In this document: in pieces, positions 20,543 to 29,206 of the stretch
Layout: each line of letters begins with the position of its first letter
Numbering within the stretch: the stretch's first letter is position 1
NCBI GenBank assembly: GCA_048213135.1
Contig: PS015009.1
Coordinates: 2,232,001 to 2,296,000, forward strand
Direction of reading: 5' to 3'
Length of the DNA: 64,000 bases
DNA from: Reclinomonas americana ATCC 50394
Taxonomy: Eukaryota
Translations under genes and position numbers: made by a program
Notes under the pieces: generated by a model
What the model saw: only the letters and a program-made list of their open reading frames with translations
The model's database searches: none
What the model was told of the DNA's origin: nothing

Positions 20543-20801
20543 GTATCTTCTGCACAAGCTTTAGCAACTCCCGTACAAAGTTCAGTAACTTTTAAATATG
20601 GTTCAGTAACTTCTGCAAGTCATCCGGTAACTTATAAAAATGAAATAGTAACTTTTACAAAAGCCTCAGCAACTTTTCCAAATGGCCCGGTAACTTCTAT
20701 TATAGCTACGGTAACTTTCGCGAATGAGCTGGAAACTTTGCCACAGGTTTCAGTAACTTCTGTAATGACCACAGTAACTTCCACATAAGGCCCGGTAACT
20801 T
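20543..20801. repeat. Phased array of 13 x 21-bp units: conserved GTAACTT core plus variable 14-nt spacer
   Basis: Cores start at 20543, 20564, 20585, 20606, 20627, 20648, 20669, 20690, 20711, 20732, 20753, 20774 and 20795. Nine are exact GTAACTT; the variants are GTATCTT, GCAACTC, GCAACTT and GAAACTT. Confidence 0.92.
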
Positions 20802-20934
20802 TTTAACAGAGCGCACAGGGTTAGGAAGTTCACAGAGATGTTCTGTGCATCTCTGTGGAAACCCTCCGTGCCCTCTGTGAAAACTCTTTGCTTCTCTATG
20901 AAAACTATCCCGCGTACACCAACCCCGTTTAGCC

Positions 20935-21004
20935 GCCGCCGTTTGGTCTCCTGACTAATGGCTGCCAGATGCGGGATGCCGTCGCCTGGTCTCCGACCAG
21001 CGAT
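20935..21004 (+). repeat. Second pair of REP-like hairpins (GGTCTC..GACC family)
   Basis: gccgccgtttggtctcctgactaatggc and gccgtcgcctggtctccgaccagcga. Confidence 0.7.
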
Positions 21005-21326
21005 ACCCGCTGTTCAGCCGGGGTCTTCGTGTAAACGAAACCCCGGAGACAAAAATTTATAAGTATTTATCTAGCCCTTGTTGCTATCCGCTGCAATCGC
21101 CGCTTCTATCTTCACCACTGTTGTGTCTTCTGCCAACAGCGAATATTTGATAAGTTGTTCGAGAAAATACCAAACGGAGTTGAAACAGTAAATTGTATGA
21201 GAGTTTGTGTAACATGTTTTAAGTATTCCTTTTATATATCTTTATTATTAAAATTGTAAGTATAGGCATTTTGTCATTTGCGTATATTTATGAGTTATAG
21301 GCAAGCATATTAACACACTCTAAACA

Positions 21327-21842
21327 ATGACAGCAAAAGACATACAGAAGGAGTTTATAAAAACGTATTTGAAGCCGACATTAAAAGAACACGGATATAA
21401 AACAAGCGGACAGACTTGGTGGAAAGATATGGATGACTTTTTTATTGTGATAAATCTTCAAAATTCACAATGGAACAGCAAAGAGCAACTCAGTTTTTGC
21501 TTGAATATAGGAGTTGCGTTGACAGAGAAACTTGCCGATAAAGATAAAAAGAAGGCAACATACTTTGACTTAGCGACACAAGCTCGGGAGAATGTTTATT
21601 TACCAAGAGGCAGACAAGAAATTAAAATATCTAAGGGCGGCTGGCTTGGTTATAAAGTCACTGACACAACAAATATTACCGATTTTATCTCAGACTTTAA
21701 AATTGACTTGGAAGACAATATTCTGAAGATACTTGATAGTTTCAAAACACTTGGTGACTGTGTTAAATTCTATGAGAAGTATGAGCATTTAGCAGAAAAT
21801 TTAAAAAATCAAATGACAGAATGTGGTATCAAGATACCTTAA
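21327..21842 (+). CDS. DUF4304-like protein, AT-rich
   Basis: LKPTLKEHGYKTSGQTW...VINLQNSQWNS...FCLNIGV resembles DUF4304; visibly AT-richer than the flanking genes. Confidence 0.7.
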   Translation: MTAKDIQKEFIKTYLKPTLKEHGYKTSGQTWWKDMDDFFIVINLQNSQWNSKEQLSFCLNIGVALTEKLADKDKKKATYFDLATQARENVYLPRGRQEIKISKGGWLGYKVTDTTNITDFISDFKIDLEDNILKILDSFKTLGDCVKFYEKYEHLAENLKNQMTECGIKIP

Positions 21843-21902
21843 TAAAATACCTACCCGTTAGGCGAAATCTTAACCAGCAAAACGGAGCATAAGTAAAATC
21901 TA

Positions 21903-22436
21903 ATGAATTCGAATTTTCCAATACTGAAGACAGAACGGCTTTTACTAAGGCAATTTGCCGAAAGTGATTTAGAAAATGTATTCAATGGCCTTTCACATCC
22001 CGACATTATCAGGTATTATGGAGTAAGCTACTCAACTTTAGAAGCCACAAAAGCACAAATGGAATTTTTTGCTGACCTCGAAAAGAATGAAACCGGAATT
22101 TGGTGGGCTGTATGTTCACCTGATAATCAATTGTTTTATGGCGCCGGAGGGCTTAACAGTTTAAGTAAAGAGCATAAAAAAGCTGAAATTGGTTTTTGGT
22201 TGCTCCCTGATTATTGGGGTAAAGGATTTATGACCGAAGCAATGCCATTGATTTGTAACTATGGCTTTGATACATTAGGTATTCATAGAATAGAAGGCAT
22301 AGTTGAAACAGAGAATTTGCTTTGTAAAAAGGCAATGGAAAAACTCAGGTTTCAGCATGAAGGAACTATGAGGGAATGTGAGATTAAAAATGGAAAGTTT
22401 ATTAGTCTCGATATTTACGCAAAACTTAAAGTGTAG
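21903..22436 (+). CDS. GNAT N-acetyltransferase (RimJ/RimL type)
   Basis: FPILKTERLLLR, AEIGFWLLPDYWGKGFMTEA and FQHEGTMR motifs. Confidence 0.9.
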   Translation: MNSNFPILKTERLLLRQFAESDLENVFNGLSHPDIIRYYGVSYSTLEATKAQMEFFADLEKNETGIWWAVCSPDNQLFYGAGGLNSLSKEHKKAEIGFWLLPDYWGKGFMTEAMPLICNYGFDTLGIHRIEGIVETENLLCKKAMEKLRFQHEGTMRECEIKNGKFISLDIYAKLKV

Positions 22437-22464
22437 TTTCAGTCTTTGTTGGTGTTTGCTGCTT

Positions 22465-22890
22465 TTACTCATGCGCCTCCGCCACTGTGCTATGCGATAC
22501 CAGTCGCCACCGGTCGCGGAGCACGTATACCCGAACGTATTTCAGCCAGTATTTATCCGTTTTATCCTTATTTACTTTTTGGATATTCATCTTTCCCCTT
22601 AAGATGGCCACATTGCCATGCAATTCAACTTTCACGGAATCGTGGGCACGTAAAGGGTAGTCGGCCCGCTTTACGGTTACATACCAGCCTTCCTTTCCTT
22701 CTGTTTTTCCGCTGCCGTGGTTGAACACGAAATCATCCGCATAGATGGTATCAAGTGCCGCGGTATTGCGGGCTACCACGTAATCGTCGGTTAGCTGGTT
22801 GAGGCGCAGCAGGTAGCTGCTGTCATTCGCCTGGGCGAAAAGCGGGAGTGTGCCAAAGCTGCAAATAAGCAGGAGGAATATTTTTACCAT
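22465..22890 (-). CDS. Secreted NTF2-like / DUF4440 protein
   Basis: Signal peptide; ALDTIYADDFVFNHGSG...YVRVYVLRDRWRLVSHST. Confidence 0.75.
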   Translation of the reverse strand: MVKIFLLLICSFGTLPLFAQANDSSYLLRLNQLTDDYVVARNTAALDTIYADDFVFNHGSGKTEGKEGWYVTVKRADYPLRAHDSVKVELHGNVAILRGKMNIQKVNKDKTDKYWLKYVRVYVLRDRWRLVSHSTVAEAHE

Positions 22891-22950
22891 GAGGTAAATT
22901 TATCTAAAACATTTGGCATTGATACGCCCAACGGCAGGCTATATGACGGC

Positions 22951-24016
22951 TTATTTGAATAATAAATGGATGACGCCTTCTTTTTGCGTGATGACGGTTA
23001 ACAATGATGATAAATTTCCCGACATGATCTCGTCCAGTAACTTTGAAGTAGATCCATTGTATTCAAGGGTAAGGGTAGCGATCTGACTATCGAAGGAAGA
23101 CTCCATTTTTTTTTACACCCGGATTGTTCTTAACGACCTCCTTAAAGTCCCGGAATTTATTATAGTCGGCATTGCTGATGCTGATAACGATGTTGGTGTT
23201 GCCCGTTCTTTTGGATGTCCCTATTTCAGGAACGATCATAATGTCTTTTTGAGAAGACAACCATTCTGCAGCTTGTATAAGTCCCTGTTCCAATGCATTG
23301 GCAACGGCAGGAGTATACTTATTGCCGCCGGAAAAATCAACGCGCTGGTTGCCCAATATAGTAGGTAAGCCGACACCGATACTTACTTTGTCGGAGGATT
23401 TACCTTCCACATTAAATGACCTTGATTCAAACACTTCTCTTGTTTCGGGATTGGTGATGGTAACAATGAAGCCAAGGCGTACTATTTGTTTGCTTAGTTT
23501 TAGCGGACCAAATGTTTTACCAGAGGTTTGATTGTTGAACTCAGTTATTTCGCCGGTAACAACAACCTGGGCAGATTTCATATTCCCTTTCTTGATGGCT
23601 GTCTTTTTATCGGCCGACTCACTCTCACCGAACCGGATCTCTTTATCAAGGTCTTCTTTGTTATCCAGGTTTACCAGCACATTGAAGCAATTGGTTTGCT
23701 GAAGAGCAGTTTGCAACATGGTGGCCATGTTGCCGCCGAACTCTATCATCCCGGCTTCCGGATTTGTTTGGCTGTTGGAGTTATTGAAATACCAGTTCGT
23801 ATTATAATTCTCATTTCCTGTTGCCTTGCTTTTTAAACTTCCCCTGGTAGAGATGTCGAATCTTGTAACAGCTAACCTGATCCTTTCATTCAAAGGAGTT
23901 ACATCGCAAATAGCTTTCACCTGTTCTTCTTTCACCTTGACTTTTTTTTGAGCGGATGCAACATGGATACTGCAGATCAGTAAAAGGAAAGCGGGTAGGG
24001 ATAAATTTGATTTCAT
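22951..24016 (-). CDS. CsgG/HfaB-family secreted protein; the ORF stops at 23087 as given and continues to 22951 after removing one base from the T9 run
   Basis: Signal peptide; IRLAVTRFD...MLQTALQQTNCFNVL...AQVVVTGEITEFN is CsgG-like. The frameshift falls at 23106-23114. Confidence 0.7.
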
Positions 24017-24268
24017 ATTGTTGATTTAGGCTTTTACGAACGAGCAACAATCTAAAATACCCCATATTGATATTGATTCCCAGTGCAGGTATATAAAACA
24101 GGATTTTTCCGGTACCGGGAAAGCCCTTGTGAGGTTTGTCCTGTAATGTATGAGCCAGTTTTTACCGCATCAAAGCATGCAAATTAGGAGAGAGTGTTTT
24201 TGACTTTTGCTAAAATTTAAGAGACGACGGACCACGGACGACAGACGGCTGGGAGCAAGGAAGCCCTT

Positions 24269-24295
24269 GCCGTCGTTTGGTCTCCTGACCAACGG
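24269..24295 (+). repeat. REP-like hairpin (GGTCTC..GACC family)
   Basis: gccgtcgtttggtctcctgaccaacgg, just downstream of the DUF2490 stop. Confidence 0.7.
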
Positions 24296-24302
24296 ATATC
24301 AA

Positions 24303-24974
24303 TTATTTTTTCCCAAAGGGAATATTATTAAAGAACACCAGTTGCAATTGGTTCCTGTGTGTCTTTTCCTGTACCTGCGACATAAAACCGACTTCTGCCC
24401 GCAGATTTTTATTGATCACGTACCCCAGGGCGCCGTATATCCTGTCGCGGTCGAATACGGGTGATTCGGCATTGAGGAAGATCTCGTTGTATAAGGAAAG
24501 ATAGACTGCATTCTTTTCCATCTTCTTCTTATTCATGGGCAGATTCAGTGCCAGGAAATACCGGAACCTTACTTTGAAATCACCGGGCAGGAACCGTTCT
24601 TCGATGCGATAGCGGTGCTGCAAATAAAAACGGCCAAACTGCTGCCGGGTAATAAATTGCTGGAAGATACGGTGTTCGCTGCTGTACACAGAGCTGTCAG
24701 GTTTCGCATAACGTTGGCTGCGAATGAAACCATAACCCAAAAGAAGGTTGTTGTTATTCTCACTGAGGTTATACCCGATGCCGGTACGCAGCATCAGTTG
24801 CTCCAGGTCACCGGCGAAGTTGTAATTGCGGTACTGCACTTCATTGTGCCAGTTCCATTTTTTATTGATGGCCTGGTTGCCGAAATAGATGAACCAGTTG
24901 CCTACATCAGATTTTTGTGCGAATGCGGAAAAGGAAAATATAAGAGCAAAGAATAATAACCACTTTTTTATCAT
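24303..24974 (-). CDS. DUF2490 outer-membrane beta-barrel protein
   Basis: Signal peptide; EVQYRNY...RTGIGY...EHRIFQQF...HRYRIEERF...YNEIFLN...FDRDRIY. Confidence 0.8.
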   Translation of the reverse strand: MIKKWLLFFALIFSFSAFAQKSDVGNWFIYFGNQAINKKWNWHNEVQYRNYNFAGDLEQLMLRTGIGYNLSENNNNLLLGYGFIRSQRYAKPDSSVYSSEHRIFQQFITRQQFGRFYLQHRYRIEERFLPGDFKVRFRYFLALNLPMNKKKMEKNAVYLSLYNEIFLNAESPVFDRDRIYGALGYVINKNLRAEVGFMSQVQEKTHRNQLQLVFFNNIPFGKK

Positions 24975-25110
24975 GCTGCAATTTACGAACACAAGATCAA
25001 TGAATAAGCAGCAACTATTGCATATCAATTTTCCCGTTTATATATTTACCCTGTTGAGGACTTTGCATGTGGAGATTTTTTCAACCTGTTCAACCCATCA
25101 ATGGCTTATC

Positions 25111-26838
25111 ATGAAACATGTCTATTTACTATGTATCCCGGTATTGTTGTTAGCTGCATGTAATAACAGCAAGGATAAAAAAGAAGAAAGGGTACAAGAA
25201 AAAAAGAAAGAGACCATCGGGTGTGCCGGTTCTAAAATGACCGATAAGGACTGGTACAGTTCCGGTAAAAAGGCACCGCTCTTCAAGGGACTGGAAGGGA
25301 TCAATTTTCCGGTGACAACAAACAGTCCTGAAGTACAGACCTATTTTAACCAGGGTATGATGCTGGCTTATGGTTTTAACCACGCCGAAGCAGCGAGGTC
25401 TTTTTATGAAGCCACCCGGCTGGATTCCTCCTGCGCTATGGCGTACTGGGGTTTTGCTTATGTATTAGGCCCCAACTATAACGCCGGTATGGAAGAAGAT
25501 AATTTTCAAAGAGCTTACGCGGCGATTGTCAAGGCAAAATCGCTTTCAGAGAAGTGTACACCCAAAGAAATTGCGCTTATCGAAGCTTTAACAGCACGCT
25601 ATGCCGAACAACCGCCTGCCGACCGCAAGCCTCTCGACATTGCTTATGCGGCAGCCATGAAGAAAGTGTATAACCAGTACCCCTCCGACCCGGATATAGG
25701 TGCGTTGTATGCCGAGTCTGTAATGGACCTGCATCCCTGGGACCTTTACGATAAGAAGACACTTGCGCCCAAAGCCTGGACACCCGAACTGGTTGCTGTG
25801 CTGGAACATCTTATGAAAATAAATCCCCTGCATCCCGGTGCACACCATTTTTATATACATGCTGTGGAAGCCTCTTCCACCCCGGGGAGAGGTATGGCGA
25901 GCGCACGATTACTGGACTCATTGGTGCCTGGCGCGGGACACCTGGTGCATATGTCTTCGCATATCTACATACGCACCGGCGATTATCATTTGGGTTCGCT
26001 TTCTAATATCCACGCTGTGGAGGTAGACAGCATTTACACCACGGCATGCCATGCGCAGGGTGCTTACCCGCTGGGTTATTACCCGCACAACTATCATTTC
26101 CTCGCGGCTACGGCAACGCTGGAAGGTGATTCCAGAATGGCGTGGATGGCGGCTGAAAAATTGCGGCAGCATACTGCTGAAGACATCATGCGGCAACCGG
26201 GATGGGGAACACTGCAGCATTATTATACCATACCTTATTATATCGCTATAAAGTTTTGCATGTGGGATACGATTCTTGCTCTCCCATCGCCGGCAAAGGA
26301 TCTTATTTACCCAAGGGCCACCTGGCATTATGCAAGAGGTATGGCTTACCTTGGAAAGAACGATGCAGTCCGTGCACAAAAAGAAGCGGATACCCTTGCC
26401 CTGCTGTCGGCCGACACCAGCCTGAAGGACATGACCATATGGAATATCAATACCGTAACAGACCTGTTACAGATTGCGAAAGATGTACTGTCTGCCGAAA
26501 TAGCAGCGAAACAAAATCAACCGGATAAAGCCATTGCTTTGCTCACGAAAGCCATTGCCGCTGAGGATAACCTGAATTATAATGAACCACCAGACTGGTT
26601 TTTTTCAGTACGGCATCATTTAGGAAAAGTGTTGCTAGCCGCGGGGAAATACAGTGAAGCGGAAAAAGTGTACCGCCAGGACCTGCGAACCTGGCCGAAG
26701 AATGGCTGGGCACTGATAGGATTGCACCAGGCATTAGTACAACAAAAGAAAAACGCGGAGGCGCAAAAAACGATGACTGAATTTACGGAGGCGTGGAAAT
26801 ACGCGGATGTGAAAATATCCTGCCTGGGTGCTGAATAG
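25111..26838 (+). CDS. TPR-containing lipoprotein
   Basis: Lipobox LAAC; YFNQGMMLAYGFNHAEAARSF; His-rich HPGAHHFYIH and GHLVHMSSHIY; C-terminal TPRs. Confidence 0.8.
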   Translation: MKHVYLLCIPVLLLAACNNSKDKKEERVQEKKKETIGCAGSKMTDKDWYSSGKKAPLFKGLEGINFPVTTNSPEVQTYFNQGMMLAYGFNHAEAARSFYEATRLDSSCAMAYWGFAYVLGPNYNAGMEEDNFQRAYAAIVKAKSLSEKCTPKEIALIEALTARYAEQPPADRKPLDIAYAAAMKKVYNQYPSDPDIGALYAESVMDLHPWDLYDKKTLAPKAWTPELVAVLEHLMKINPLHPGAHHFYIHAVEASSTPGRGMASARLLDSLVPGAGHLVHMSSHIYIRTGDYHLGSLSNIHAVEVDSIYTTACHAQGAYPLGYYPHNYHFLAATATLEGDSRMAWMAAEKLRQHTAEDIMRQPGWGTLQHYYTIPYYIAIKFCMWDTILALPSPAKDLIYPRATWHYARGMAYLGKNDAVRAQKEADTLALLSADTSLKDMTIWNINTVTDLLQIAKDVLSAEIAAKQNQPDKAIALLTKAIAAEDNLNYNEPPDWFFSVRHHLGKVLLAAGKYSEAEKVYRQDLRTWPKNGWALIGLHQALVQQKKNAEAQKTMTEFTEAWKYADVKISCLGAE

Positions 26839-26875
26839 CAGCAAAGAAAAGCATCGTAACCGTTCAGTTCGGGTT

Positions 26876-27928
26876 TTAGTGACCTGAAGCCAGCTGGATG
26901 AAAGAAGTAAATTTTTTATCACCGGATAAACGGGCTACTTCAGTTTTCGTTAAGCCATCCTTCCAGTTGTGAACGGCTTTATTGAGGTACGTGTATCCCC
27001 ATTTTTGCTTGGCCGCTTCCCCTGATCTTCTTATTTCCGCGATCTTCTTCGATGCGTATTTGTTCATGATATCGATGAAATCGCCTTTTACATCACTGGA
27101 GCCTTCCAGCAACCAGCGTTTGAGTGTGTTGACATAACCCGGCAGCGTTACATAAAAACTACCGAAGCCGATATAAGGTTCGAGGGTGATCACTTTATGG
27201 CTGAAGTTACCCGGCATAAACAAAGTTTGGTTTTCCTGTACCAGGAACCAATGCGCCGTTTTCAATTGCGAAAATTTTTCAAGACTGAATTTTGCCTGGT
27301 CATATACGGGGTCGTAGGTACAATCCTGCAGACCAACTTTTTTTCCTTCCAGCCGGTCCCAGGCCAGCCATAGTTTTTTGCCCACGAAACAATGGTTGCT
27401 GCCATCGCCATCGTCGGAATGGGAGTCGCTGAAAATACCGCGGGAACTGATCACCAGGGTAAGCATCTCCAGGAAGGAAACCTCGTAAGGGCAATGCACC
27501 AGCAGGTTGAAATAAGTAAGGGCTTCCGCATCTATATTATCATAGAACCGCGTATTACGGAAATGCAGGTCGGTAACCCCGAATTTAGACCGTTGCCGCA
27601 GCCATCTTTCAATGGTATCCTGTATGGTCACTTTTTTAAGGGTGCGCTTGGGCCCGGTACGGATATAGATCTTCTCATTTTTGGGCAACCCCTGTTTCAG
27701 TTTCCTTACCAGCCCGTCGATCAGCGTTTCCTTTTGGGCCAGGCCGGGGTCGAGGGGGTAATTGGTAAACACCACCGTTTTGCCGGCGTACATATGATCA
27801 TATAACTTTTTATGGGAGTAGGGCTGGGGAGCCAGGTAACGGGCACTTAAGGCTTTGCTGAACTTTTCGGAGTGGCGCAGGGTACGGTCAAAGCTTGCCG
27901 CGTCCCGGATTTCATGTAAGGGTACCAT
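26876..27928 (-). CDS. JmjC/cupin-like Fe(II)/2-oxoglutarate oxygenase
   Basis: HxD (SHSD), GKKLW and FMPGNFSHKVITLE, the typical JmjC metal-ligand layout; ATG 27928 preferred as start. Confidence 0.7.
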   Translation of the reverse strand: MVPLHEIRDAASFDRTLRHSEKFSKALSARYLAPQPYSHKKLYDHMYAGKTVVFTNYPLDPGLAQKETLIDGLVRKLKQGLPKNEKIYIRTGPKRTLKKVTIQDTIERWLRQRSKFGVTDLHFRNTRFYDNIDAEALTYFNLLVHCPYEVSFLEMLTLVISSRGIFSDSHSDDGDGSNHCFVGKKLWLAWDRLEGKKVGLQDCTYDPVYDQAKFSLEKFSQLKTAHWFLVQENQTLFMPGNFSHKVITLEPYIGFGSFYVTLPGYVNTLKRWLLEGSSDVKGDFIDIMNKYASKKIAEIRRSGEAAKQKWGYTYLNKAVHNWKDGLTKTEVARLSGDKKFTSFIQLASGH

Positions 27929-28193
27929 AAATAAGCAGGTTTCGGGATTAAGTAATAAGTTAATATAATATATTATTCCCGAATATTTTGTTAAACAGGC
28001 GGCAAATCTTCTCCAAGACAAGGGTGTTTATTGATCCTATCCTTGATTTTGACCGTTCATCACAATGGCAAAAATTCTCGCTATTGATGAATAGGAGCTT
28101 ATAATATTAATAATCAAGATGTTAGAATAAAATTTATCGCAAACTACTATAAAATAATTGGTACTATGTTTTGTATAGTACTAAAATTCTCTC

Positions 28194-28201
28194 TATCTTT
28201 G
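28194..28201 (+). promoter_or_regulatory. -7 promoter box for the small-protein gene
   Basis: TATCTTTG matches TAnnTTTG and is followed by an A-rich leader. Confidence 0.55.
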
Positions 28202-28273
28202 TGTAACAAAACAAAAAGGTACAACGTACCACTAACAGAAAAACAAATTTTTAAAATTATAAAAAGTACAGCC

Positions 28274-28453
28274 ATGAAAAAGAACAACCAATTATTCAGC
28301 ACCCTGAGCAAAGAACAAGTAGAGAACCTGACTACAGAAGTAAAAGAAACCATTGCCGTAGGATATACCCCGGTTAAGCAGTTCGGTTCTGTAGATATGT
28401 GGAATGTCCGTCGCCAGCGCAGGAGCCTGAGCAGCAGGAGAAGTTTAGTATAG
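28274..28453 (+). CDS. 59-aa small protein of unknown function
   Basis: MKKNNQLFSTLSKEQVENLTTEVKETIAVGYTPVKQFGSVDMWNVRRQRRSLSSRRSLV; has its own promoter box and terminator. Confidence 0.75.
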   Translation: MKKNNQLFSTLSKEQVENLTTEVKETIAVGYTPVKQFGSVDMWNVRRQRRSLSSRRSLV

Positions 28454-28493
28454 CCAAATAAAAAGTATAGCCACTTTTTGAAAAACTTTCCTG

Positions 28494-28518
28494 GTCCCGG
28501 TAAAACGGGACTTTTTTT
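28494..28518 (+). terminator. Intrinsic terminator after the small-protein gene
   Basis: GTCCCG-gtaaaa-CGGGAC followed by T7. Confidence 0.7.
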
Positions 28519-28524
28519 ATGCCC

Positions 28525-29205
28525 TTACTTCCGCTGGATGCTGATCCGCATGATGGCGTCGAGCAACTGATCGGGAATATCACCTGAACCGGCAAAGCGG
28601 GTATTGGCCGTGATGGAGCTTTTAGAAATAAAGAAAACTTTTTCGAGTCCGTAACCCCGGACCTTTAAGCGGTATGGTGAGAGCGCCTGGTTAAGGCGGG
28701 CAGTTAAAGAAGTATGTAAAAGAAAAGAACTGATCAGCTGGTAGGAGGGTATCTGCTTACTTTTACTCACTTTTTCCCGGTACAGCCGGGTAACATCGGC
28801 ACAGGCGTCGCCGGTTTCGGATAGCCTGCCCAGCGAGATGCTGCTTAGCGAATCGAGAAAAAATTCCCGGGCAATAACGGGCATCATGGTCTCCAGTTCC
28901 TGCATTTCTTCTTCCCAGGTCATGGTTTGCTGCGCCAGGTGTATATCCATACCCAGCTTTTTATTTTCCCGCGTCTCGTGCAGCACACAACTGAAGCGGG
29001 AACTGTCGTTTCCTTTTTTCAGGAAATAACGCATGGAACGACTGAGGGTGGCTTTGCCCGGCATTTCGTACAGGTTGACCAGGCCGATAACGGCAGTATC
29101 GGAACCAGAACGGGTAACTGTACCCTGCCGGCGTGCAAGCACCACAACAGGCAGCATTAGTATTGCCGCAGTCCATATCACCAGCCGGTAAGATTGCCTG
29201 CACAT
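28525..29205 (-). CDS. Hypothetical exported protein
   Basis: 226-aa ORF with an N-terminal hydrophobic segment; starts 1 nt after the upstream GNAT stop. Confidence 0.65.
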   Translation of the reverse strand: MCRQSYRLVIWTAAILMLPVVVLARRQGTVTRSGSDTAVIGLVNLYEMPGKATLSRSMRYFLKKGNDSSRFSCVLHETRENKKLGMDIHLAQQTMTWEEEMQELETMMPVIAREFFLDSLSSISLGRLSETGDACADVTRLYREKVSKSKQIPSYQLISSFLLHTSLTARLNQALSPYRLKVRGYGLEKVFFISKSSITANTRFAGSGDIPDQLLDAIMRISIQRK

Positions 29206-29206
29206 A

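Noticed and set aside
20288-20788. 166-aa + strand ORF, and the small ORFs at 20184 and 20251
   Set aside because: They run through the terminator region and REP/palindromic repeats, and the 21-bp period continues past the stop. Probably spurious, though not excluded.
20543-20801. Calling the 21-bp array a CRISPR or TIGR array
   Set aside because: The 7-nt core and 14-nt spacers are far shorter than CRISPR units, there is no alternating dual-repeat pattern, and no cas or Nop-domain gene is in the window.
24889-25110. Long N-terminal extensions in the ORF track (also 36144-36269, 27929-28021, 28166-28273, 54428-54490, 57191-57314)
   Set aside because: They overlap neighbouring genes or promoters; downstream ATGs give proper signal peptides or family N-termini.
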